From Epithemia pelagica (taxonomy: Eukaryota; Protista; Bacillariophyta): a stretch of 64,000 bases of DNA. Each line of letters starts with the position of its first letter. Position 1 is the first letter of the stretch. The position numbers and the translations under genes are program-made. Below are positions 22,835-33,309 of this stretch, in pieces. The stretch is from NCBI GenBank assembly GCA_946965045.2, contig OX337233.1, positions 1,178,001-1,242,000 of the forward strand, written 5' to 3'. The notes beneath the pieces are model-generated. The model did no database searches and was not told the origin of the DNA. It saw only the letters and a list, made by a program, of their open reading frames with translations.

Positions 22835-23379
22835 TAGTGTTTCAGAGCTCTGCAAGTATTGCTATTGTATTGAACCGAATAACAGACATACACCCCGCAT
22901 ATGCACCATACTCATTTCTTGTTTGGTGTAATCCTGCGGCTGGGAAAGCATGGTTGGTATACTTGCTGTTGTGGTTGTTTTCTTTCGGGTGTGGTATCGA
23001 CAAGGAAGATTCCGCTCGTCGTTGGTTCTTTAAATAGACCTAAATGGGATGATATCGAATCACGGCTCACGGGTCTTTCTCGATATTCTGCAACGTGTGA
23101 GCAGGAGTATTGCTATGTATTATTCATTTTGTCTGGTACATAAGTGGACGCATGCACTATACAAAGAAGAAACGCAAGGTACTAGAAATTCTTCCAGGAT
23201 CATGATATCCTGTCGACAAGAATCCGAGACGCTCTCGCACCACAAATATGGATTGTTTGAACCAGTGTGGATCCTTTGAGGAGAACCAGTCTTGGATGGC
23301 TGTTGGTTGGGGTTTCATGTTTCGCCGAACGACATTGGGAACAATGTTCAGTTCGATCGAGTCTGCACAAGGCGGCTTG

Positions 23380-24408
23380 TTACTCGGAACAAGCTCCTTC
23401 AAAGTAAACACTGGTGGTCACCACCAAGAGTTCTTGCTCTCCCGTCACGGTATCGGTAATGGTCATGTTGGCCTTGGCATAAATCAAGACGGTCGGTTTC
23501 TTCGGATTGGGAACTAGTTGACGCCCCAAGGCCGACTCCTGGGCCGGCTGGACCCGTACTGATGGTGTGTTGCCAGCAAGAACGACCACCTCATGGTGGT
23601 GGTTCTTGGATAGATCCACTGTTCCACACAAAATCACCAAACCGCCTGAATAATAGAGACAAACTTGCAAGGGACTATAGTTTTTCTTCTTGTCGTTGTT
23701 GTTGTTGATGTCCTTGTAGATGGATGGTTGCTGTTGATTGGGAAATCCACCCACGGCCAATTGAAAACTCATCCTCATTCCTGTTGAAGAACTCGTAGAA
23801 TGATTGGTTGTGGTAACCGCAACGTTCGTCGTCTCCGCATCTGGGTGGGTAGTGGCTCGTCGTAGTCGTTGTGGGAGAGTTGCGGCCGGTCCCCCACAAT
23901 TGCGTACCGCAATCGTGGGATAGGTGGCCTGGGTTTGTACAAACGGAACGACAAAGTCCTGAAAGGCTGTCGTAGTTTGATAGACGAGTGACGAATAACT
24001 AAATTGAACATTGACCATGTGCAAGGGCGGGTAGGGTCCATAGTTCCAATGCTGCGAAGTAAGGGTCGAACCACACTCGGCCTCCTTATTTGACGAAACA
24101 TGTCCCACCAAGGCAGTCCCATTGTCCCACAAGCTCAATGGTACGATGAACGGTGGACAGTTCGAGGACCATTGTGTCATGGTGACAAGGCCATCTCGAT
24201 GAGATGGTAGCAATCGTTGAATCAAGGCATCGGGAACACCGGCTTGTTCGGCAAAGACTACTTTCACACCCTGCGGATCGTTGTCCCTACCTAAAAGGGC
24301 CTTTGCCCAAACCGAATGGGCCTGCACCGGAAGGAGGAGGCATGCCACGACCGTACTCACCAACACCACCAGCATCCAGCAAGGAACAATGGAGTAATGA
24401 TGATACAT
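23380..24408 (-). CDS. Secreted protein with predicted N-terminal His (DUF4198/NikM-like start), paralog A
   Basis: Signal peptide ending PVQA-H, then HSVW...VVFAEQAGVPD; shares C-terminal motif YAxANMTITD...ELLVV with paralog B. Confidence 0.7.
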   Translation of the reverse strand: MYHHYSIVPCWMLVVLVSTVVACLLLPVQAHSVWAKALLGRDNDPQGVKVVFAEQAGVPDALIQRLLPSHRDGLVTMTQWSSNCPPFIVPLSLWDNGTALVGHVSSNKEAECGSTLTSQHWNYGPYPPLHMVNVQFSYSSLVYQTTTAFQDFVVPFVQTQATYPTIAVRNCGGPAATLPQRLRRATTHPDAETTNVAVTTTNHSTSSSTGMRMSFQLAVGGFPNQQQPSIYKDINNNNDKKKNYSPLQVCLYYSGGLVILCGTVDLSKNHHHEVVVLAGNTPSVRVQPAQESALGRQLVPNPKKPTVLIYAKANMTITDTVTGEQELLVVTTSVYFEGACSE

Positions 24409-24996
24409 TGTTTTTTTTTGGACTGTCACGGAGACGGATGGATCACACGAAAAACTGTGCAAGATTTTGAAACTCTCTCAAGATCTTGTTCCTTTTGGTA
24501 CAGAGCGCTTGTAGTTCCTCCTTGTCTGGGGCTGCTGAATGTTATGATGTTGGTATGCAGCTTGACAACACAAAAGATTTTTGGATCTTTGATTTGGATG
24601 CAAAGAAAATGGCCTCTATTTGGTACAGTCTATTTTAACGCTGCCGCGCGTACCCGCTAGGGTATCGTCGACCGACGCACGCATGCGGCGAATGGTTTAT
24701 TATAATCTGGGGGCGTTGAGTGAGAAACGAGGGTGCCAAAGTGGCCATTCTGTCAGCAAGAGACGCGGGAATAATTAGGGGGTAGAAGATACGAAGGGGG
24801 CGAGAAACAGTTGCATCAAAATGCCACTTGCTTCCGCGCGCATGGCGGTGCGTGGACTGCACACGCGCCCACACGCAATGATCACCCAAACACACTATAC
24901 GATGGCGCTGATCCGAAAAAGATCTACGCACGTAGACACATCTCTAGTCGCAGCCTTTCAACACGCCTTTCGCAATAGGAAAGGACCAACAATTTC

Positions 24997-25816
24997 ATGA
25001 TGCACTGCAAGAAAAGTAGCTTGTTGCTGGTTTGGTGGTGGTCCTCGTTCTCGGGTTGACATGGATGCCAACTACTGGAGTGCAAGCCCATGCCGTTTGG
25101 GTGCAAACGACACCACCGACCCAACAAAATGTTGCGGATCAAGTACAACCTCTTCAAGTCGTCTTTTCCGAACAGGCCGGCATACCCGATGCCGCCCTCC
25201 AACATTTGGTTTCCTCTCATCCCAAACTCTCGCACATTGCGACGCATGCCCTTTGTCAAGAGGCGGACGAAACAGATCAAGAAGCCTTGCATTTGACCTT
25301 GAATGCCAATGGTACCGCCTTGGAGGGAGACTTTATCTTACGACCTCGAAAAAACGAGTGTTGGGCTCACATGGTATCGGGTCATTTTGATTTGGGACCG
25401 TTTGAACCCTTGAAGATGGACAATGTCCAATTCGCCTATTCGACCCTCGTCTACCATCACGACGACACGGAAAACAACAACAACGACCGGTTTGACCAGT
25501 CCATGGTGCCCTTTCTCCAACACCATGCGGCCTATCCCACCCTTACCTTGCGTCATTGCAGTACCACGTCGACCAATCGTGCCAATACTGGAGGGAGTCT
25601 CTACGAATTTGCCATGGGTGGCTTTCCCCACCAAAACCATGCGGCACCCTCCTCGCCTGCTCACCAGGTGTACAGTCCGGTGCAAGTTTGTTTCTATTAC
25701 CAAGGTGGCTTTCAGATTGAATGTGGAAGGGTGGATTTTGTTCGTCCTCCTCCTTCTCCCACGGAGGACGAGGAAATCCCACACACCAATGCCCATTGGA
25801 CCACGACAACTGCTTC

Positions 25817-25849
<33 letters not shown>

Positions 25850-26033
25850 CGGCCACAGTCCAGAGGACCAGGAGGAAGAGCCTACTACTACTAGCGGCAT
25901 TGCCATGAACCAACACGCCAACCAATGGTTGTATGCCTTGGCCAACATGACCATTACGGATACGGAAATGGGAGAACGGGAACTCTTGGTAGTTTCCACC
26001 AGTGTCTTGTTTACAGGAATATGTGAGGAATAA
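24997..26033 (+). CDS. Secreted protein with predicted N-terminal His, paralog B (1-nt frameshift in the signal peptide)
   Basis: ATG 24997 (MMHCKKSSLLLV) joins the ORF from 25032 if one T is added to TTT 25031-25033. Motif VQA-HAVW...VVFSEQAGIPD. Confidence 0.7.
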
Positions 26034-26562
26034 TCCAAATCGACTCTACCATGATCATCTTTCTCCAGAGGAGTACCTCTAGAAAGTATTGTTTCGTCTC
26101 TAGGAGTACAGAAGTTCCACTACGGCCACCCTATCCAGTAGTCTCGGTAGACTGGAATTGCACATTTGGGTTTGGGGGTGGATCGATTCATGGGATTGTG
26201 GTTCCTGCCCCCAATGCAGATTCCCCAACCAGATTGAAAATGGAGTCGGGCTCCCATGGGATATCAGGCATTTCGCCCAATCCACTTTCCGTTGAATCGT
26301 GTCACATCCAACTTTGTACACTAGGTAGTTACCGATCTCTTTGAATCCGGGACTTTTGGTGTGTGTGCTCAGCGCGGACCGCACCCCAAAGCTTCAAAGA
26401 GCGTAACAAACATTGGCGCGAGTATTCGACGAGAAAAGTCGAAAAAAGGCGAGAGGGGCAACCTGTAGTTCCACCCATCATCCATCGACCCTACGACACT
26501 CTTGCGTCCCATACATCTAGTCAATCCTTGAATCTTCCGCTGCTGCTGAGTGTGTTTGAACC

Positions 26563-27825
26563 ATGAAGAATAAATCCACTGCTACGACTAGTGGCGATGG
26601 CACCAACATCAACTATACGATTCACACACCCAATCAATCGTCCGGTGCTGGTGCGGCATCGCGGTCGATTTTGGCCATGAGCAAACCAGCCATGATGGGC
26701 GTCGGATTCTTGGCCTTGGGAACCTTGGCGGTTGGTTTGTTTAGTGCCTTTCGAGTCCCTGGATTGGAAGAACAAATTCGTGATTTGGAAGCCGAAATTG
26801 ATATTTTGGAATCGGAAATTGACGAACTGACCGTCCAAAACGATCGCTTTGAAGAGTTGAATGGAGAGTTGAACGACACATTGCTCGAGTTGGAAGAACT
26901 GAATGATCAATTGAATGAGACGGCCACCAAATTAAAGCAAGAAGTGGACACGCTCGAGGAAGAAGTGGACCAATTGGAAGACACCAAGAATGATTTGGAT
27001 AAGGAGAAGGATACCTTGACGCAATTGAATCAAGACTTGATCACCACACAACAATTGTTGGAAGTACAATTGGAAGACTTGGAACGAGTCAATCAAACCA
27101 TGACGGAAACCAATCAAAATTTAACTGCCACCACCGATGCCTTGTCAGCCGAGGTGCAACAGTTGGAAGAGACCAATACGGTCTTGACCGAAACCACGCA
27201 GGCCTTGAATGATACAGTGACGGATTTGCGACAACAAAATGATCGATTGGAAGAGGTCGTCGCGGATTTGGAAGTTGTGCAAGAATATTTCAATGCCACG
27301 AGTCAAGATTTATCTCAACAATTGAGCGAAGTTCAAACAGCGTTGGATTCGAGCATTACACAAAATCGGGAAAATACCTTTAGCAAATTGTTCAATTTTT
27401 ACGACGATGTTCGATTGCAATGGGATTGCCGCAATCAAGATTTCTTTGCGGACGAGGCCTTTTACAATCCCCTGCAAAATCATGCCAATTCCATTGTGGA
27501 ACAATCGGGGGAACAGGCCTTGAACAATCTCTTATCCACAATTGAATTGCGCATGATGCGATACATGTGTTTGGATCGAGAGAATTTTTCCCGATTCATG
27601 ACCTTTACCTTTGACAATACGATTCCTCACGAAGACGCCTTGCTCCTGGTGACCTACGATCACGTCGAAACGACCGTGACCAGTTACAGCGATGCCGCCT
27701 TGCGGTATTATGGACTGCCCGACTGTGGAGTCGAATGTGAAATATCACCGTCTGTATGGGAAACAGCCTCGTTTGATTGTACCAATCTTGATCAGCCCTA
27801 TCGATGGAGTGAACCGACCGTGTAA
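26563..27825 (+). CDS. Single-pass TM/coiled-coil protein, paralog 2
   Basis: TM GVGFLALGTLAVGLFSAF, then RVPGLEEQI, heptads, and a WDC...MCL...WETASFDC domain. Confidence 0.85.
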   Translation: MKNKSTATTSGDGTNINYTIHTPNQSSGAGAASRSILAMSKPAMMGVGFLALGTLAVGLFSAFRVPGLEEQIRDLEAEIDILESEIDELTVQNDRFEELNGELNDTLLELEELNDQLNETATKLKQEVDTLEEEVDQLEDTKNDLDKEKDTLTQLNQDLITTQQLLEVQLEDLERVNQTMTETNQNLTATTDALSAEVQQLEETNTVLTETTQALNDTVTDLRQQNDRLEEVVADLEVVQEYFNATSQDLSQQLSEVQTALDSSITQNRENTFSKLFNFYDDVRLQWDCRNQDFFADEAFYNPLQNHANSIVEQSGEQALNNLLSTIELRMMRYMCLDRENFSRFMTFTFDNTIPHEDALLLVTYDHVETTVTSYSDAALRYYGLPDCGVECEISPSVWETASFDCTNLDQPYRWSEPTV

Positions 27826-28094
27826 CTCATTCACAAAAGAGGGTCAAGCAACGAGAGGATCAACAAACCACCAAAATCTCTACCTAAGCACGGCAAAGTT
27901 AATGAAAGGAGTGGATCGAGACTCACACTCCAATGGCATGTGTACGTTACGAGAAGAATGTCTGGACTACATAGAATGTCCACCCAAAGACGCTGTCATT
28001 CCGGTAGGCATCCAACCGTATCGACAATCGTATATTTATTTGTTTCAATAGCATTCTCCTACAGGCACTATATTATTTATACAATCTATAAAAC

Positions 28095-28495
28095 AGAATA
28101 TCATACTTCCATACAGTTCTTTCTAGGCTAGCATGGGGGGCTTTCATGTTTACGTTCTTCATGTCGAGGAACGCAACTTGAGCACCAACTCCGTGTGCGG
28201 AAATGCAAGACTGTGCTTCATCATAAGTGTTCCATATAGATGAATCATTGAAAACATATCTGCTCCTTTTGATTCCGTTTCATATGATAGCGTGCCCATT
28301 GAATTGTTCGGATGCTTGGTGCCGAGTGACAGTTGTCCAGTCATGAGTCCACATGAGTTTGTCGTCAAGGGCCGTTTCCAAAACTTCGGTGCAATGCTTC
28401 ACGATCATCCATCCCACTACGGGAATTCAAAGAAGAATCGGGTTCCTTTGCCGCGGTCCATAGATGTGAAAGGAAGTCTGACTTTTGGTACATCC
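28095..28495 (-). pseudogene. Diverged inverted copy of the SIL1 3' end and 3'UTR
   Basis: Reverse complement aligns with ~12430-12845, e.g. CTATGGACCGCGGCAAAGGAA and GACAAACTCATGTG. Identity ~80% by eye. Confidence 0.85.
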
Positions 28496-28780
28496 CGATT
28501 CAAAAAAGGAAACGCAAGATAGTCGCCGCTTGTCATTCCATTTGCAACTTCCCTGGGGATGTATTACCTTATCATACCGTCGTCGCCTTTTCTCCTCTTG
28601 TTGTCTACTCGCCTGGTCGTCGCAACAGCGAGAAAAGGCGGGAATGAAATACAACATTCTTGCCAAATAAATCGTTTTGGCGTTCAAACAACAGCATTTG
28701 CGAAGACGTGGACCGCTCGTGGGTCCAAATTGCGCTCATGCGTCACGAGAGGCAATGTATCTCCCAGGATTCGATAAAAT

Positions 28781-31700
28781 TCAAGACGCCATGGAATGAA
28801 ACAAGTCCACGGTGTCTGGTTCCGGCATGACCTTGTTTGCTTCCTCCAAAACCTTGTTGTCCAATACAAGTCCTCTCGATAAGCACTTTTCCACCAATTG
28901 CGCTAATTCCGTGGTATATCCAAGGTTGGCATAGCCTTGGGCCACATTCGACAGGAATTGAACGTCGTACACGAGCTTGGTACCCTCGGCGAGTTGAAGT
29001 GTTTGCTGAATCGTGTCGAACCAACGTTGTCGAGTACGTGGAACCAAGTGAATCCGTGTGCGGTTGGTGGGAATATAATCGTCGTGATATTCACTAGCTG
29101 CCTTGGCAATCGTTTCCAGGGATGCAAGGTGGGGACCCAGTCCCTGTTTTTGCCGGGTCTGGACCGTTCCCAAAGCCAATTGGAGTTCATCGAGGTACAG
29201 GGAATCGTTATCCCGCCACATCATGAGCTGACACAATTCCAACCAGGTGAGGCGCTCTTTGAGATTCCAATAGTGCTTTTCGGCCCAAATGGCGGAATGA
29301 TTGTCTCCCGTGAGACGTCCCGTTTGAGTCGCCACATCGATTCGAGCTTTTGCTGTCGTGACGGCACCACCACCACCACTGTCAATGTTTTGGTTCGACG
29401 ACGACGACATGGCACTCAGAACAATCAAGCTCAGACTCTCCGAAAGACATCCACACGTCAAGGCACGCTTGTAAAGAGACGTGACACCCGCCATGTCGCC
29501 TTTTTGAAATAGATGCGACGCCGCCGTGACAAACAAATCCGGAGTCCTGTCCTTGGCCAATACTTGCTCCAACAAGTCTTGGGCTACCTCGACTTCTCCA
29601 ATGTCAAACAGGATATCCATGGCCACGGTGGAACTCAAAACTCCCTTGACGGATGGATCCTGGATCGTCTTGTCGTCGTCCATAAACAACTCGAGCGCCG
29701 TAGATGGATCCACCACCCGCATGACGGCCGCCAACAAGGAATCGGACACCTTCAACAAGGAACTCAACGACAAGCGTTTGGCCAGTGACTCTTGTTCTTT
29801 GGGTGGTACTAGTCGTTCCGGAATTGTGGACGGTGGGTTTAGAATCCAGTCCAACACGACTCGTCCGACAGTCGGATGGTTCTCCAATTGACGCAACACC
29901 TTGGTACAGGCTGCAGTGAAATAGACGCGGTCTTCTGTCGACAAGGACTCGTTCGAGTTCTTGACGTTGCACAGCAACGTTACATTCTCCAATACATCCT
30001 CCCAAACAGAGCTGCCATCTGGTTCTCCATCCCCATGAGTATGACTACGCAACAGGGAATCCGTGCGAGTCAAATCCTTTCCCTTCTCATCGTCGTCCGA
30101 GGCCGCAAGCGTGAGCAACTCGTGCGCGGCCTGGTGGCATTGGGCCCCCGACAGAGAGACGGCAGCCGTTGTGACAAAGTATTGGGGGTGAGAGGACACG
30201 GACGCTACGGAACCCAACCAGTGGCTTAGAGTCGTTGGGTCGGTCTTTCTCTGGATTTCCGGATAGAGATTGGCAAATCGTTGGGCACACACGAGTGCCA
30301 CTCCGTAGTGTCCCGACGCATTGCAGGTTCGCAAAACAATTTCCAAACCATCCACATACTGGGGTCTCAGGACCTGTCCTCCTTGTCGTCGCGTCACAGA
30401 GGAAGAGGAGGAGGACGACGATGCACTTGCCACCTCCAACTGCGGGAGATCCAAGGACCCACCAGGTAAAAGTCGTCCCCGGTCCACGAATGGCTGCTCC
30501 AACAAGGCAAACAACACAGACATGGCCGTCTCCCAGGCCCCATCTTTTTCACAAGACCGTAATACACCTATCCAAGCCTCTTCACTGAGGGTCCAATCTT
30601 CCTCCAACACTTGTTCCAAATAGCGGAGGGCTTCTTGACTGGTATTGGTTTGTGTGCAAGCTCCCAAGGCTCGGAGGGCCAAATCACGACAGACGGGCAA
30701 GAGTTTTCCCGCACCTCCCGCCCACTGCACGACACCAACACCAACGAAATGTACGTGAGAAAACAGATCCCACCAAAGGTATGGAAACCATTCGTCAAAC
30801 AGGTAGAGACCTCATTTCTCGATCAAATAGTATGGGAGAGTCTCTCCGTTACACGTACCTGCCACTCGACCGACGCGGCATGCGTTCCACTGGTCCAGGT
30901 ATCCAACAGGTTGAGGGCTTGATCGGGTCGTTGGGCCAAGAGATTGGCATGGAGGGCGGCTGCCACCAGCGCTTGTCCCCATTCGTGCTTCGTGGTGTCG
31001 TTGGTGGTGTACTGGGTCAAGGCGTCGGCCTCGCCGGCATATCCCAAGGCGGTACCCGCCGCCAAGACATAGTGATCTTGATCCGAGGGCGAGACCATGG
31101 ACAATTGTGTCACGGCACCCAAGACGCGGTCGACGGCCGAATCCTGACAGTCTTGCGCATGACGCGCGATACAGTACAATCCAATGGGATGTTCCACCGA
31201 CAAGGTGGTGGTCACGGGAGTATAGGCGGCCTGTTGGGGATGAATGGTCGACACAAACAAGTGTGTCGCTTCCTTCCACAAGCCTTGGCGAGCCGCCACT
31301 TCCAAGACACTTTGCACATGACATTGCTGGAGCGAAATGTCCAACGACCGCAGGAGCTGCAATACTTGGAGGCAATGATGGGTGGTCGATGCTCCTTCTG
31401 CCGTTTCGAATGGTTGCGTCTTGGCAAGACTCTGCAGTGCCCAGTCCAAGTACGTCGACAATTGTTGTCGACTCGAGGGATCACTGCGTTGAATCCAACC
31501 ACGCCGAACCGCCGTTTGGACAGTTCGTAATAAGTCCAGAGTCGTTTGGTACAATTCGTGTCGTCGATGTTGTTCTTGTTCCGCATGCGAATGGACACGT
31601 GTTGATTGTGTTCCCTTCACTCGTGATGTCTTCCATACAGGAGGTAGCGGGGGTACGTCCTGGAGTTGGTGATGGAGAGTCTGGAATCGGAGCGCCAAAC

Positions 31701-31986
31701 TGCCCACACCTTGCGCCGGCTGGAAGGATTCACTGGCACTGGCAGTGGAAGTAGTTCCAGCACGACGCCCTTGTGTTTCTCTCGGACGGCCATCTGGTTG
31801 TTGGTTCTGCGGAGGAACCGTTCGGACCAAAGATGCATGATAATGTCGTATTCGTCTCCCTGGAGCTGTCAGCCGAGAAGGCCACCCACAAGAAGTGACC
31901 GTCTGGAAGAATCGATGGTTCGGTGGTGGTGTGGTTCCCTTCCAAAGGTGCCTGCTGCAAAGGCGTTTGGATGCCAGATGCATCAT
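28781..31986 (-). CDS. Organelle-targeted PPR-like helical repeat protein; intron 30725-30858
   Basis: Basic N-terminal presequence; in-frame splice CAG|GTACGT...GTGCAG|TGG; repeats such as AWIGVLRSCEKDGAWETAMSVL and VLEVAARQGLWKEA. Confidence 0.65.
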
Positions 31987-32237
31987 GGCGCGTTGTTGAT
32001 ACGAATCTGTACTCCTCTCGAGTCACCACTGGACGGAATCCACTGTGCGATACTCGATCAATCAACGCAGATGTGGATCGACTCGCCACCTCGTGCCACC
32101 ATGGTCAAGTGTTCTGGGAGCGTCACTCGGCACAGTCAGAAGCAGTCGCGGACACGTCCGTCAGTCACACGACTGGCGTGAGACGCCTGGCGTCACCTGT
32201 TCCCTCACAAAAGGAATGAGAAACACCTGCCCAGACA

Positions 32238-32786
32238 ATGCAATGGATCTACCTAGACGAGTCAACAGTTTCCACTTTCGAGGGTCAAGTGGCACCATTC
32301 TGTTTCCCACACGTTAATATTGGACCGGATCTCATTTTCCTCATGTGGAACAAGACGCACACAGACTACATTGCAGTCATTTCACAAGCCAAGTACAAAA
32401 AAGACCTCAATCAACTTGACGCCTTACGAACGATCACACCATCTCTCCTGTACCATGAAAACCGAGGGAAAGACGGGGAGCGGTCCTCGAGGGTGATCAC
32501 TGCTAGTGATGCTCTGAAAAGGCGATGGGAGGATGTAAAGCCGCGACTTGTTGGTAGAGGTCAGCGTGGTTGCGTTCGCTTCATGATTCAATATCCCGGT
32601 GATAGTACAAGAAGTGTAAACCCTGGAGTTCTTGAAGACGACGAGGTAGAGGTGGGAGAGAACCAAGGCCCGAAGAAAAAAAGGAAGCCAGGATTTCTCG
32701 CATGCATAAGCCAGGACAACGCTCGCACAATGTTCGATGAGGATGCATTGAAGGTTCTCGATGCATTGAAGGACTCCGAATCGTAG
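32238..32786 (+). CDS. 5'-truncated Crinkler-type PD-(D/E)xK REase-like domain (duplicated fragment spanning 32220-32955)
   Basis: GPDLIF...SQAK...ALRTITPSLLY. Inverted near-copy of 36683-37282. Confidence 0.6.
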   Translation: MQWIYLDESTVSTFEGQVAPFCFPHVNIGPDLIFLMWNKTHTDYIAVISQAKYKKDLNQLDALRTITPSLLYHENRGKDGERSSRVITASDALKRRWEDVKPRLVGRGQRGCVRFMIQYPGDSTRSVNPGVLEDDEVEVGENQGPKKKRKPGFLACISQDNARTMFDEDALKVLDALKDSES

Positions 32787-33309
32787 AGAATGCTGTTCTC
32801 TCCCCCACCGACACGACGTTACAAATGGGGATGGACCGTAGAAAAGTGTAGTGCGTTTGGATGCTGGCACACAACGTACCTTTCTCGTCGTTCCAAGAGA
32901 AGAAAAGCATTCAAGTTTCATCCATATAATAGAGTTTTTTCTACAGAACCTTTTATATATCTCTGTATATACATCACATTTTTTGGAACGAGATTCAAAT
33001 ACAGTTTGATCCGTCACACTACATATCAGGAGAGGACCACAAACGAAGAAGATAACAGCAGATAGAGATTCCAGCGTCTCCGTGTGAGTGTGGTCAGTCG
33101 TGGATCGATCGTGAATTCGCCCGGCATTCATGGAACGAATCGTAGACTCGTCGTTGCTGGCTGGCCCCAGACTATTATAGAACCGAGAGCGACACAATGC
33201 CCTGGTCGAACCCCAACGACACCACTCGTGGTCCTCAAAAGTCGATCGATACAATCTCGTGCCTGGTTCGACAACGACGACGACGACGACATGTCTATCG
33301 ATTGACTAC

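Noticed and set aside
12430-28495. One inverted segmental duplication producing both [SIL1 + coiled-coil gene] pairs, with the HNH gene inserted later
   Set aside because: The geometry fits, but the SIL1 copy is still alignable at DNA level while the coiled-coil paralogs are highly diverged, so the ages do not match.
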